Source of the DNA: Sedimenticolaceae bacterium
Lineage (GTDB): Bacteria > Pseudomonadota > Gammaproteobacteria > Chromatiales > Chromatiaceae
DNA: 64,000 nucleotides
NCBI GenBank assembly: GCA_050305975.1
Contig: JBNLGI010000188.1
Coordinates: 186 to 64,185, forward strand
Direction: 5' to 3'
The notes beneath the pieces are model-generated. The model saw nothing but the letters and a program-made list of their open reading frames with translations, was not told the DNA's origin and did not search any database. Both the position numbers and the translations under genes were made by a program. This document shows, one piece after another, positions 22,734 to 33,943 of the stretch (its first letter is position 1; each line of letters starts with the position of its first letter).

Positions 22734-24140
22734 ATGGCCTTGAAAGCCCTGAAGATGATCAAAGACAACGATGTGAAATTTGTCGATCTGCGTTTCACCG
22801 ACACTCGTGGCAAGGAGCAGCACGTGACGCTGCCCACCAGCCAGGTCGACGAAGACTTTTTCACCGACGGTAAAATGTTCGACGGTTCATCCATCGCCGG
22901 CTGGAAAGGCATCAACGAGTCCGACATGATCCTGATGCCCGAGGACGACTCCTCGGTCATGGATCCCTTCTCCGACGAGAACACCCTCATCATCCGCTGC
23001 GATATCCTGGAGCCCACCACCATGCAGGGCTATGAGCGCGATCCCCGCTCCCTGGCCAAGCGCGCCGAGGCCTATCTCGCCTCTACCGGCATCGCAGACA
23101 CCGCCTACTTCGGTCCCGAGCCCGAGTTCTTCGTGCTGGACGACGTACGTTGGAGCGTGGACATGAGCGGCTCCATGGTCAAGGTCGACTCCGAAGAGGC
23201 CGATTGGAACTCTGAGCGCGTCTACGAAGACGGCAACATCGGTCACCGTCCCGGCGTCAAGGGCGGCTACTTCCCGGTTCCCCCGGTCGACTCCCTGCAC
23301 GACCTGCGCGGCGCCATGTGCCTGGCCATGGAAGAGATGGGCGTGGAGACCGAGGTGCACCACCACGAGGTGGCCACCGCCGGACAGTGCGAAATCGGCA
23401 CCAAGTTCAACACGCTGGTGAAACGCGCCGACTGGGTTCAGATCCAGAAGTACTGCACCTGGAACGTGGCTCACGCCTATGGCAAGACCGCCACCTTTAT
23501 GCCCAAGCCACTGGTGGGCGACAACGGTTCCGGCATGCACGTGCATCAGTCACTGGCCAAGGGCGGCGAGAATATCTTCGCCGGCGACCTGTACGGTGGC
23601 CTCTCCGAGACCGCCCTCTACTACATCGGCGGCATCATCAAGCACGCCCGTGCCCTGAACGCCTTCACCAACGCTTCCACCAACTCCTACAAGCGTCTGG
23701 TGCCCGGCTTCGAGGCTCCGGTCATGTTGGCCTACTCCGCCCGTAACCGTTCCGCCTCCATCCGTATCCCGTGGGTTTCCAGCCCGAAGGGCCGTCGTAT
23801 CGAGGTGCGTTTCCCCGATCCGACCGCCAACCCCTACCTGGCCTTCGCCGCCATGATGATGGCTGGTCTGGACGGTATCCAGAACAAGATCCACCCGGGC
23901 GACGCCATGGACAAGGACCTCTATGATCTGCCGGCCGAAGAGGCTGCCAACATCCCCACCGTCTGCCACAGCCTCGACATGGCGCTGGATGCACTGGATG
24001 CGGACCGCGGCTTCCTCACCGCCGGTGGCGTCTTCACCGACGATCTGATCGATGGCTACATCGCGCTGAAGATGGAAGAGGTCACCACCATGCGCATGAC
24101 CACCCATCCGGTCGAGTTCGACATGTACTACAGCCTCTGA
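22734..24140 (+). CDS. glnA: Glutamine synthetase type I
   Basis: [28 protein letters not shown]...NGSGMH, KDLYDLP adenylylation site; GGAG RBS. Confidence 0.99.
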   Translation: MALKALKMIKDNDVKFVDLRFTDTRGKEQHVTLPTSQVDEDFFTDGKMFDGSSIAGWKGINESDMILMPEDDSSVMDPFSDENTLIIRCDILEPTTMQGYERDPRSLAKRAEAYLASTGIADTAYFGPEPEFFVLDDVRWSVDMSGSMVKVDSEEADWNSERVYEDGNIGHRPGVKGGYFPVPPVDSLHDLRGAMCLAMEEMGVETEVHHHEVATAGQCEIGTKFNTLVKRADWVQIQKYCTWNVAHAYGKTATFMPKPLVGDNGSGMHVHQSLAKGGENIFAGDLYGGLSETALYYIGGIIKHARALNAFTNASTNSYKRLVPGFEAPVMLAYSARNRSASIRIPWVSSPKGRRIEVRFPDPTANPYLAFAAMMMAGLDGIQNKIHPGDAMDKDLYDLPAEEAANIPTVCHSLDMALDALDADRGFLTAGGVFTDDLIDGYIALKMEEVTTMRMTTHPVEFDMYYSL

Positions 24141-24170
24141 TCGGCTCGTCTCCGGGCTGACCACGCAGCA

Positions 24171-24202
24171 GGCGCCCTTCTATATGGAGGGCGCTTTTTT
24201 TT
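24171..24202 (+). terminator. Intrinsic terminator after glnA
   Basis: GGCGCCCTTC-TATAT-GGAGGGCGC followed by T8. Confidence 0.85.
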
Positions 24203-24253
24203 GCGAACTGAATCGCTTGTTTCTTTGTCACCGCATGGTCTATGCTTGGCTGC

Positions 24254-24778
24254 ATGCGTAACGTCATCATCCTGCTGATCTTTTTTGTCTCCCTGCCCCT
24301 GTTTGCGAGGGATGTCTACAAATGGACCAACGCCGAAGGCGTGGTGATCTATTCGGACACTTATCGCGAAGGGGCGGAACGCATTCGAGTCAGGGACAGC
24401 AAGTCAGCGTCCTCCAAACCAAGCAGCGAGGGCGGACAGACACAGTCAGCCGGGCAGGCTGCCGATGCCGGCGCCGTCAGCTATGAGAGCCTGGAGATCG
24501 TGCAGCCTGAAAATGATGCCACCGTGCGCAGCAACGAAGGCACGATCGCCGTGGGCCTGGCCTTGTCGCCGGGGCTTGCGGAAGGCCATTCGATCAAGGT
24601 TCTGGTCGACGGCAGTGAAATGCCGGGCGAAGTGAAGGGCACTCAATTCTCGCTCAGTAATCTCAACCGGGGTACCCATAGCCTCGAGACCCGGGTGGTT
24701 GATGCGGACGGCAATGTGATGATCACCTCCAATCGCATCAATTTTCACCTGCGACAAGCTTCCATCAATACCCCCTGA
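24254..24778 (+). CDS. DUF4124-domain exported protein
   Basis: Signal peptide, VYKWTNAEGVVIYSD, C-terminal Ig-like region (NLNRGTHSL). Confidence 0.78.
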   Translation: MRNVIILLIFFVSLPLFARDVYKWTNAEGVVIYSDTYREGAERIRVRDSKSASSKPSSEGGQTQSAGQAADAGAVSYESLEIVQPENDATVRSNEGTIAVGLALSPGLAEGHSIKVLVDGSEMPGEVKGTQFSLSNLNRGTHSLETRVVDADGNVMITSNRINFHLRQASINTP

Positions 24779-24786
24779 CAGGAAGG

Positions 24787-24803
24787 CGCACTATAATAGT
24801 GCA
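24787..24803. promoter_or_regulatory. NtrC site upstream of ntrB
   Basis: CGCACTATAATAGTGCA, near-perfect NtrC palindrome. Confidence 0.75.
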
Positions 24804-24980
24804 GGCGTGCTGTGGTCGTCTGTACATGTGCGCTGGTGTCTTCTCCGGTATCCCCAGGCGATAGCCACAGATTCAGCCATAACAAACTGTTTATCCTGGT
24901 TTTTGCCTGCTGCCTTTTAGAGATGCAGGTCATGCTCGATTTCTGTGCCGTTTGGTTCGTTTTTTGCTTATCAAGTCGTC

Positions 24981-26049
24981 ATGAAACCAGAACTCAAAAA
25001 AAGCAATCTCGAAAAACAGGTTCTGGAGAACTTAAGTACAGCGATCCTGCTGTTTGATCGGGATTTCCGCCTTCTCTACCTCAACTCCTCAGCCGAGATG
25101 CTGTTCGCTGTGAGCGCACGCAAGGCCATCGGTTTGCCGGTAATGGAGATGATCCGTTGTCCCGATAGCCTGTTGGTGTCCAATCTGACCCAATCCCTGG
25201 AGAGCGGTCAGCCCTTCACGGAGCGGGAGCATCAACTGACGCTGCCCGATGGGCGTGAGATCACCGTGGACTGTACGGTGATCCCGCTGCGATCCGGCTA
25301 TCGGGTGAATGAACTCCTGGTGGAGATCCAGCAGGTCGACAGACAGTTGCGGATCACCCGGGAAGAACAGATTCTGGCGCGCAATGAGGCGACGCGGGCT
25401 CTGGTTCGTGGTCTGGCCCATGAAATCAAGAACCCTCTGGGTGGCTTGCGCGGCGCGGCGCAACTGTTGGAGCGCGAACTGGAGGACGAATCGCTGACCG
25501 AGTACACCCAGATCATTATCGAGGAGGCGGATCGGCTGCAGAATCTGGTCAACAACATGCTGGGTCCGAACCGTGTGCCGGAGATGAAACCGGTCAACAT
25601 CCATCAGATCCTGGAAAGGGTCTGCAACCTGGTGAAGGCGGAAACCGGTCTGGGACTGACCATCAACAAGGATTACGATCCGAGTATTCCGCAGATCACC
25701 GGCGACAGCGATCAATTGATCCAGTCGTTTCTCAATATTTTGCGCAATGCCGTCCGCGCAGCGGGGACCAAAGGCGTGCTCGGGATTACGACCCGGGTAC
25801 TGCGCCAGTTCACTATCGGCAATATCCTGCATCGCCTGGTGATCTCGGTGGAGATCGAGGACAACGGGCCCGGCATACCGAAAGAGCTGCAGGAACGGAT
25901 CTTTTTTCCCATGGTCACCGGGAGTAACGGCATGGGGCTGGGGCTGTCCATTTCACAGACCCTGATCAATCGACACCAGGGCTTGATCGAGTTCACCAGC
26001 AAGCCCGGACAAACCGTATTTCGCGTATTACTTCCTTTGGAGCAAGTTG

Positions 26050-26057
<8 letters not shown>
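24981..26057 (+). CDS. glnL: Nitrogen regulation histidine kinase NtrB
   Basis: PAS domain, GLAHEIKNPLGGLRGAAQLL H-box, DYDPSIP, DNGPGIP. Confidence 0.96.
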
Positions 26058-27459
<1,402 letters not shown>

Positions 27460-27597
27460 AAGCGCCAGGCAGGATTCACGACGCCGTGAGCCAGGTCATG
27501 GCAGAGAGGGAAACCCCCTTCAACCAGGGGTTGCAGGACTTGCCTGGTAGCGGCAGCGGGTTATCATGCTCGCCCAAGTTTTACAGCAGGTGCACCC

Positions 27598-27996
27598 ATG
27601 GACTCCACCACCATCGAGCTGCCCGGCAGCGAAATCGAATCGATCAGCCTGGAGAACGGCAAGCTCGTCATCCGTTTCTCCCGCGCCTATATCATCAAGA
27701 CCTTGAGCGGTTCAGTCGAGCGTACCCGCTGGTGGCAGGCCGGTGCGCTGATTTTCGATGATGCCGAGGTCGAGGGCGAGCTGCCCGCTGCACCCTGCAT
27801 CTGCGATGGCGGCGATGTGGGAGAGAACATCTACACCTATCGGGACATGATCCCGGTACCGCTGGAGAGCAAGGGTCGTGCCCACTGCAGCCTGAAGATC
27901 CGGGACCGGGTCGAGCCTTTCCAGGCGTATGCCGCCGGCGTGCGATTGGCGATGGAGGATCGTCCCCACTACATCGAGCATATCCGACCGGAGTGA
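27598..27996 (+). CDS. Hypothetical protein (132 aa)
   Basis: Host-like codon usage, AGGT RBS-like site, fills the gap after ntrC; no recognised motif. Confidence 0.7.
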   Translation: MDSTTIELPGSEIESISLENGKLVIRFSRAYIIKTLSGSVERTRWWQAGALIFDDAEVEGELPAAPCICDGGDVGENIYTYRDMIPVPLESKGRAHCSLKIRDRVEPFQAYAAGVRLAMEDRPHYIEHIRPE

Positions 27997-28144
27997 GACG
28001 CTTAGGGATGCGTGGGGCGAATCTGACGGGCTCAGATCGGCCGCTGCCGCATGTCCCGGAGCGCACTCCGGCGGTGTCGAGAGATTATCGTCACGGATAT
28101 CTTCCCACGCCGATGCCCAGCGGGACGGTCCCTCTCGGGTGAGA

Positions 28145-28804
28145 TCAGCCGGAGGCCAGTCGGTGTGCTGCGCGGGTGGTCTCCGGCAACTTGTAGCGGG
28201 TCGTCGCCGCCAACACATAGTTCACCGCGGTCGGCAGCGAGATGCGATGGCCGATGGAGACATAGATCGGCTTCACGCCGGCACGGGTGCGCAGCACCGC
28301 ACCGATCTCCTCTCCCTTGTCGAGCAACGGCACCCAGCCCCCCTTCTCCTCCGGCACCCGGCCATGGGTGCCGATCAATCGCGTCTTGCCGACCCCGATA
28401 GTGGGCGTGTCCGTCAACAGTCCGAGGTGGCAGGCCAGGCCGAAGCGCCTGGGATGGGCCAGACCCTGGCCGTCGCACAAGACCAGTTCAGGTGGTTGCG
28501 CGAGTCGCTCGAGGGCCTCGAGAATTGCGGGTATTTCGCGAAAGGAGAGCAGTCCGGGCACGTAGGGGAAACCGGTGGGCAGGCGGGCGATGGTCTGCTC
28601 AAGGGGTGCGAGGGATGGAAAGTCGAGCACGGCGACCGCCGCGCGGGTGACCTTGCCGGCCTCCTCGAAGCCCACATCCACACCGGCGATGCGCGAAGGC
28701 GTAACGAATCGATCTTCCCGTATCACCCGATCGCGCAGGCGCTGCTGTAGCGCAATCGCCTCAGCGGGCGTCAGATCCCATGGGTGGTCTAAATCCTCAC
28801 ACAT
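28145..28804 (-). CDS. nfi: Endonuclease V
   Basis: [46 protein letters not shown]. Confidence 0.95.
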   Translation of the reverse strand: MCEDLDHPWDLTPAEAIALQQRLRDRVIREDRFVTPSRIAGVDVGFEEAGKVTRAAVAVLDFPSLAPLEQTIARLPTGFPYVPGLLSFREIPAILEALERLAQPPELVLCDGQGLAHPRRFGLACHLGLLTDTPTIGVGKTRLIGTHGRVPEEKGGWVPLLDKGEEIGAVLRTRAGVKPIYVSIGHRISLPTAVNYVLAATTRYKLPETTRAAHRLASG

Positions 28805-29060
28805 TGAACTGCCAGGTCTATTGGTTTACCTCATTGTAGCGTCCCGGTGGAAACATCACGCATGCCGGATGCACGTGGTCTACATCAATAAAAGCATGAA
28901 TGACGGAGCAATGTAGTTGCAATCTTGGGTGATCGGTTTAAGCTTCGGGAAGTTCTGACGCTATAGGAATTTACAGGCGCCCCATCGGGGGGTTGACCGG
29001 CCCCGGGCAGGAGATCGCGGGTCGGGGCCGATTCAGTCATACGAGAGAAGTCTTCAAGTT

Positions 29061-29819
29061 ATGTCAGTCGAGCTATTCAACAACGGCAGCCACATCTGTG
29101 TTGCCTTCAGGGATCTGGTCAACGGAGAGGCTGTCCAGGCAAATCAGTTTCTGATCTACGACCATCAGCACGCGGCGCTGATCGACCCGGGCGGAGAGTT
29201 GACCTATTCGCGGTTGTTCATGGCCATCAGTGACTATATGAATGTCAAGAAGCTCGACTACGTGGTGGCCTCGCATCAGGATCCGGATATCGTCGCCTCG
29301 GTCAACAAGTGGCTGGTGGGCACGGACTGTAAAGTGGTGGTGCCCGCCCTGTGGGAACGTTTCATCCCCCACTTCACCCGTCCCGGCCGCCTGGTGGATC
29401 GGGTGGTGCCGATTCCGGATGAAGGGACCAACCTGGAGTTGGGCAATATCCGCCTGATGGCGCTACCGGCCCATTTCCTCCACGCCGAGGGTAATTTCCA
29501 GTTTTACGATCCGATCAGTCGCATCCTCTTTTCAGGCGACCTGGGCGCCAACCTGCCACCGGGCGATCTCAACAAACCGGCCAAGAGCATCGGGGAGCTG
29601 ATGCCCTATATGGAAGGTTTTCACAAGCGCTACATGAACTCCAACAAGGTCTGCCGGCTCTGGGCCAACATGGTGCGTCAGCTCGACATCGATATGATCG
29701 TGCCCCAGCACGGTCGTGCCTTTATCGGCCGCAAGGCGGTGACCGAGTTCATCAACTGGATCGAAGGTCTGCAGTGCGGCGTCGATCTGGTGACCCAGGA
29801 CAACTACCGACTGCCCTAA
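29061..29819 (+). CDS. Metallo-beta-lactamase-fold oxygen-binding di-iron protein (ODP-like)
   Basis: VQANQFLI, IDPGG, SHQDPDI, PAHFLH, FSGDLG, VPQHG. Confidence 0.82.
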   Translation: MSVELFNNGSHICVAFRDLVNGEAVQANQFLIYDHQHAALIDPGGELTYSRLFMAISDYMNVKKLDYVVASHQDPDIVASVNKWLVGTDCKVVVPALWERFIPHFTRPGRLVDRVVPIPDEGTNLELGNIRLMALPAHFLHAEGNFQFYDPISRILFSGDLGANLPPGDLNKPAKSIGELMPYMEGFHKRYMNSNKVCRLWANMVRQLDIDMIVPQHGRAFIGRKAVTEFINWIEGLQCGVDLVTQDNYRLP

Positions 29820-29847
29820 GCCCGCAGCCGTCGTAAGCCCAAAGCCG

Positions 29848-30831
29848 TCAGCCGGCGTCGCTCTGCGCGCGCGCCTGCTGACGGTCGGCGGCCAACTCCC
29901 CGATCCAGAAGCCCAGGTTCTTTTCCAGGAACTCCGTCACCGGCATGTAGTGGGAGCCGTCACAGGAGAAGGTCAATCCCAGCATGCCGTTCATGATGTT
30001 GATCGAGGCACTGCGCAGATAGATGGTCTCATCGGCAAAGCGTAGCGCCTTGAACTCCTCCAACACCTCGCGGATCTGCGTCGTAGTGACCTTGGCCCTC
30101 GCCGGATAGGGGTAGAGAGGGTAGGCCAACACGATATCGGGATTGATGATCTCCTCCACGCCATGGATGCGGTAGCTGTAGGGGTCCTCCATGAGCCAGA
30201 ATGAGCAGCGGCCGCTGGAGTAGTGGAGCTTGCAGTGGAAGATGCCGTGATCCGACATCAGGGAGAGAATGGTCTCGTGCACCGAGTCGATGTTCTCATC
30301 CAGGCGGCTGGGTATACGCTGTTGCATGAACAGGGTGCCGCGCACCGCCGGATCGCCCTTGAACTGCTGCCAGTGGGGTTTGCGCTCGAAGCCGGCGATG
30401 TCGCCGACCAGCTTGTCGAGTGAGAAATCGGCGGCGATGAAACCCAGCAGCTCATCCCCGCACCGCACCGCCTGCAGAGCGGTGACGCACTCGCGGTCGC
30501 TGAACTGACTGTGGTAGACCGAGGAGAGCATGATGCCCTTGAAAGGCAGGTTGTTCTTGAGATAGGGGCGCTTGGAGAGATCCCTCCCCCGCCAGCTCTT
30601 GTCCGCTCGTCCCGCTTGAACCAGGGAGGAGATCTCCTGGCCATCCAGATCCCAGGCGTAGAGAAATTCGCACTTGGGAATGCTATCGATGTGGTCGAGC
30701 AACACCTGGTCGAGCCTGTCGGCGTTTTCCCAGGCGGCGACGCAATTTTCGGCCAGCTGTGAAAGCGGATCTCCGATTTCGCTGGCGAGGGCGTCTTTTT
30801 TATTCAGGATGATCTGTTGCAGTGCTGTCAT
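29848..30831 (-). CDS. Soluble Cache/PDC-like sensor domain protein
   Basis: YAWDLDGQEIS...GRDLSKRPY...SSVY...LGFIAADF Cache-like pattern; no TM segment or recognisable output domain. Confidence 0.65.
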   Translation of the reverse strand: MTALQQIILNKKDALASEIGDPLSQLAENCVAAWENADRLDQVLLDHIDSIPKCEFLYAWDLDGQEISSLVQAGRADKSWRGRDLSKRPYLKNNLPFKGIMLSSVYHSQFSDRECVTALQAVRCGDELLGFIAADFSLDKLVGDIAGFERKPHWQQFKGDPAVRGTLFMQQRIPSRLDENIDSVHETILSLMSDHGIFHCKLHYSSGRCSFWLMEDPYSYRIHGVEEIINPDIVLAYPLYPYPARAKVTTTQIREVLEEFKALRFADETIYLRSASINIMNGMLGLTFSCDGSHYMPVTEFLEKNLGFWIGELAADRQQARAQSDAG

Positions 30832-30977
30832 GAGTACCTCGAATCCGAGGTGGGATTATAACCCGACAGCGCCGGGTCGATGCGATCGGTCCGGTGGCAG
30901 TGAGAAGCTTCAGGCATTTGCGTGTACAATGCCGAGCTTGCCAATCGAGACGGTTAATGCCGAGGACAGAGTAGACT

Positions 30978-32048
30978 GTGACCAGATTGAAGAACGATCG
31001 ACTGCTGAAAGCCCTGTTACGTGAACCCGTGGACGTCACTCCGGTGTGGATGATGCGGCAGGCCGGGCGTTACCTGCCCGAGTATCGCGCCACCCGCGCC
31101 AAGGCGGGCAGTTTCATGGATCTCTGCCGTAGCCCCGAGCTGGCCTGTGAAGTGACCATCCAGCCTCTCGATCGTTATCCTCTGGATGCGGCGATCCTCT
31201 TCTCCGATATCCTGACGGTACCCGACGCCATGGGTCTGGGCCTCTATTTTACCGAAGGTGAGGGTCCCCACTTCGAACGCCCGGTGCAGGATGCCGCCGC
31301 CGTTCAGGCCCTCGGCCAGCCCGATATGGAACAGGACCTGGGGTATGTCATGGACGCGGTGCGCACCATCCGCCGCGAGCTCGACGGTCGGGTGCCGCTG
31401 ATCGGTTTCAGCGGTAGCCCCTGGACCCTGGCCACCTACATGGTCGAGGGCGGCGGCACCAAGAACTTCTCCAAGGTCAAGGGCATGATGTTCGACCGTC
31501 CGCAGCTGATGCACCAGCTGCTGGACAAGGTCAGCGAGACGGTGACCACCTATCTGAATGCGCAGATCGCCGCCGGCGCTCAGGCGGTGATGATCTTCGA
31601 TACCTGGGGCGGCGTGCTCACGCCACAGCACTACCAGGCCTTCTCCCTCGACTATATGCAGCGAATCGTCGATGGCCTAACCCGGGAGGCCGAGGGGCGT
31701 CGGGTCCCGGTGATCCTCTTCACCAAGGGCGGTGGTCTCTGGCTCGAGCAGATGGCCGACACCGGCTGCGATGCTCTCGGCATCGATTGGACTCTGAACC
31801 TGGCCGATGCCCGGGCGCGGGTCGGAGGCCGGGTGGCGCTGCAGGGGAATCTCGACCCCTGCACCCTCTACGCCTCTCCGGAACGTATTCGCGAGGAGGT
31901 GGCCCAGGTGCTGGCCAGCTATGGCCAGGGCAGTGGCCATGTCTTCAATCTGGGTCACGGGATTCATCCCGAGATCGATCCTGAACGCGCCGGCGTCTTC
32001 GTCGATGCGGTACACGAGCTGAGCCGGGCTTATCACGAAGGATCGTAA
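30978..32048 (+). CDS. hemE: Uroporphyrinogen decarboxylase
   Basis: [42 protein letters not shown]. Confidence 0.98.
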   Translation: MTRLKNDRLLKALLREPVDVTPVWMMRQAGRYLPEYRATRAKAGSFMDLCRSPELACEVTIQPLDRYPLDAAILFSDILTVPDAMGLGLYFTEGEGPHFERPVQDAAAVQALGQPDMEQDLGYVMDAVRTIRRELDGRVPLIGFSGSPWTLATYMVEGGGTKNFSKVKGMMFDRPQLMHQLLDKVSETVTTYLNAQIAAGAQAVMIFDTWGGVLTPQHYQAFSLDYMQRIVDGLTREAEGRRVPVILFTKGGGLWLEQMADTGCDALGIDWTLNLADARARVGGRVALQGNLDPCTLYASPERIREEVAQVLASYGQGSGHVFNLGHGIHPEIDPERAGVFVDAVHELSRAYHEGS

Positions 32049-32059
32049 AAAAGATAGAT

Positions 32060-32220
32060 CGCAAAGGCCGCTAAGAAGCGCGGAGACCGCAAAGGAAGTT
32101 ATCCTCTCTACTCCTGATTCAGCTTTGGTCAAAAAGTAGAGAGGAGTCGAACGCGGTTCCAAGCGGCGGACCATCCCATAATAATCTTGGCGTTCATTGC
32201 GCTTCATGGCGTGCTTTGCG
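32060..32220. repeat. Nested inverted-repeat element with 9-bp-periodic arms
   Basis: Left arm CGCAAAGGC-CGCTAAGAA-GCGCGGAGAC-CGCAAAGGA is complementary to right arm 32185-32220; internal perfect 11-bp IR TCCTCTCTACT/AGTAGAGAGGA. Confidence 0.7.
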
Positions 32221-32257
32221 TTATGCTTTCCGAACTCATTCCCTGGGAGCGCTGTGT

Positions 32258-33145
32258 ATGAAAATCACTCTCCTCGGCCTCGGACTGATGGGGCGGCCGA
32301 TCGCACTGCGCCTGGTCCACTGCGGTCACGACGTGGTGGCCTGGAACCGTTCGCCGGAGCCGTTGGAGCGAGCCGCCGAAGCGGGGCTGAGCACCGAGGC
32401 GGACTTGGCCCGGGCGGTGGAACAGAGCGAGGTGATCATCCTCACCCTGAGTGATGCGACAGCGATCGAGAGCGTGCTCTTCGATCCCGCCCTAGTGCCA
32501 CTGCTGCAGGGCAAGACCCTGCTGCAGATGGGCACCATCGCCCCCAACGAGAGCCGCGCCATCGCCAAGCGTGTGTCGGAAGCGGGAGCCGAATATCTCG
32601 AGGCGCCGGTGCTCGGCAGCATTCCCGAAGCCCGCTCCGGTCAGTTGATCGTGATGGCCGCAGGCGCGGAACCGGCCTACCAGCATTGCTTGCTGATGCT
32701 GCGCTGTCTCGGCAAGGATGTGGAGCTGATAGGGTCCGTCGGCCAGGCCGCGGCCATGAAGCTGGCGATGAACCAATTGATCGCCGCGCTCACCGCCGGA
32801 TTCTCCCAAAGCCTGGGACTGATCCGCGCCGAGGGCGTGGATGTGGATCAGTTCATGGGGCTGTTGCGCGAGAGTGCGCTCTATGCGCCCACCTTCGATA
32901 AAAAGCTGCAGAAATTCATCGAGCACGACTACAGCCATCCCAACTTTCCCCTCAAACACCTGATCAAGGACCTCGGCCTGTTCAAGCAGGTGGCCGAGGA
33001 TTCGGGTATCGATGCGGCGATATCCGACGCCATGCTTTCGGTGTTTCTGAAAGGCCAGCAGGCGGGCTACGGGGATGAGGACTACTCATCGCTCTACGAA
33101 GCGATCAATCCGGGTTTCGATGCGGAGACCGACACCGGATGTTGA
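32258..33145 (+). CDS. NAD(P)-dependent beta-hydroxyacid dehydrogenase family protein
   Basis: LGLGLMG Rossmann motif, WNRS, EAPVLGS, AMKLAMN, FPLKHLIKD. Confidence 0.88.
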   Translation: MKITLLGLGLMGRPIALRLVHCGHDVVAWNRSPEPLERAAEAGLSTEADLARAVEQSEVIILTLSDATAIESVLFDPALVPLLQGKTLLQMGTIAPNESRAIAKRVSEAGAEYLEAPVLGSIPEARSGQLIVMAAGAEPAYQHCLLMLRCLGKDVELIGSVGQAAAMKLAMNQLIAALTAGFSQSLGLIRAEGVDVDQFMGLLRESALYAPTFDKKLQKFIEHDYSHPNFPLKHLIKDLGLFKQVAEDSGIDAAISDAMLSVFLKGQQAGYGDEDYSSLYEAINPGFDAETDTGC

Positions 33146-33148
33146 GTT

Positions 33149-33173
33149 TGCGCGGGGCGCGGCGCCCCGCGCC
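33149..33173. terminator. GC hairpin between convergent dehydrogenase and microprotein 1
   Basis: GCGCGGGGCG-CGG-CGCCCCGCGC. Confidence 0.6.
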
Positions 33174-33180
33174 GTGTAGG

Positions 33181-33261
33181 CTAACTCACGAGCAAGGCGA
33201 CGACGATGCCGAGAACGAGTAGGCCTAGGGAGCCGAGAATGGCTTTGTCACTGCCTAACAT
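33181..33261 (-). CDS. 26-aa hydrophobic microprotein 1 (MLGSDKAILGSLGLLVLGIVVALLVS)
   Basis: AAGGAGG 6 nt upstream; single TM helix; paralogue at 33860-33943. Confidence 0.75.
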   Translation of the reverse strand: MLGSDKAILGSLGLLVLGIVVALLVS

Positions 33262-33476
33262 GGTTGACCTCCTTCGATGACGTTTGCCGTTGAAAAAACC
33301 CAATGCGGTGTTGGGTACGGGATGGTGAACCAGGGTCCACCAGTTACAGTTGAGACATGATGTCATCCCAGAGGTTTTCAACTTTTTTACTGAAAAATAC
33401 AGGGTTTTTTACTCAATCCGCAGCTATCTGTCAGTGGACTTGCAGGTATGAAAACGACTGTGCGCAAGGCTTTCTC

Positions 33477-33794
33477 ATGAAACTGAACGATCCTTTCGGG
33501 CGTCTGGAGACGCGACATCAAAAGGGTTATGAATCGATGCGGGAGGCCCTTCGTCAGGGAGGCATCACCACACCGGAAGCGGCCCGGGAGGTGATGCGAC
33601 AGGCCGAACGACGGGCAGTGAGCCTGATAGCGATCAGCGTGGCGGTACTGCTGATAACGTCGCTCCTGTTGCCGAAGATGGCGCCGTTGGCGCTGGGACT
33701 GGGGCTGTTTCTGCTGGTCTGGGTCGCGACCTCGACCCTGAATGGCCGGCGCTACATCAAGCGCTATATCGAAGAGGAACTCAAAACGCCATGA
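33477..33794 (+). CDS. Hypothetical membrane protein (105 aa, two TM helices)
   Basis: MKLNDPFGRLETRHQKGYESMR...; two hydrophobic segments; host-like codon usage. Confidence 0.72.
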   Translation: MKLNDPFGRLETRHQKGYESMREALRQGGITTPEAAREVMRQAERRAVSLIAISVAVLLITSLLLPKMAPLALGLGLFLLVWVATSTLNGRRYIKRYIEEELKTP

Positions 33795-33829
33795 TGGCGG
33801 CGTGTGGCGCTTGAGCGATGGGAGTGTCT

Positions 33830-33853
33830 CGGGGCGGGATCTCTCCCGCCCCG
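33830..33853. terminator. GC hairpin between convergent membrane gene and microprotein 2
   Basis: CGGGGCGGGA-TCTC-TCCCGCCCCG. Confidence 0.6.
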
Positions 33854-33859
33854 GCTGAA

Positions 33860-33943
33860 TCATCCGATAAGCGCTATAGAGACGACGATACCGATGATGA
33901 GAATGGCGAAAGCGCCGAGCAGAGCCTTATCACTTCCAAGCAT
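33860..33943 (-). CDS. 27-aa hydrophobic microprotein 2 (MLGSDKALLGAFAILIIGIVVSIALIG)
   Basis: GGAGG 8 nt upstream; paralogue of microprotein 1. Confidence 0.75.
   Translation of the reverse strand: MLGSDKALLGAFAILIIGIVVSIALIG

Noticed and set aside
28875-28888. GTGGTCTACATCAA FNR-like site between nfi and the ODP gene
   Set aside because: Two mismatches in the left half-site; too weak without conservation data.
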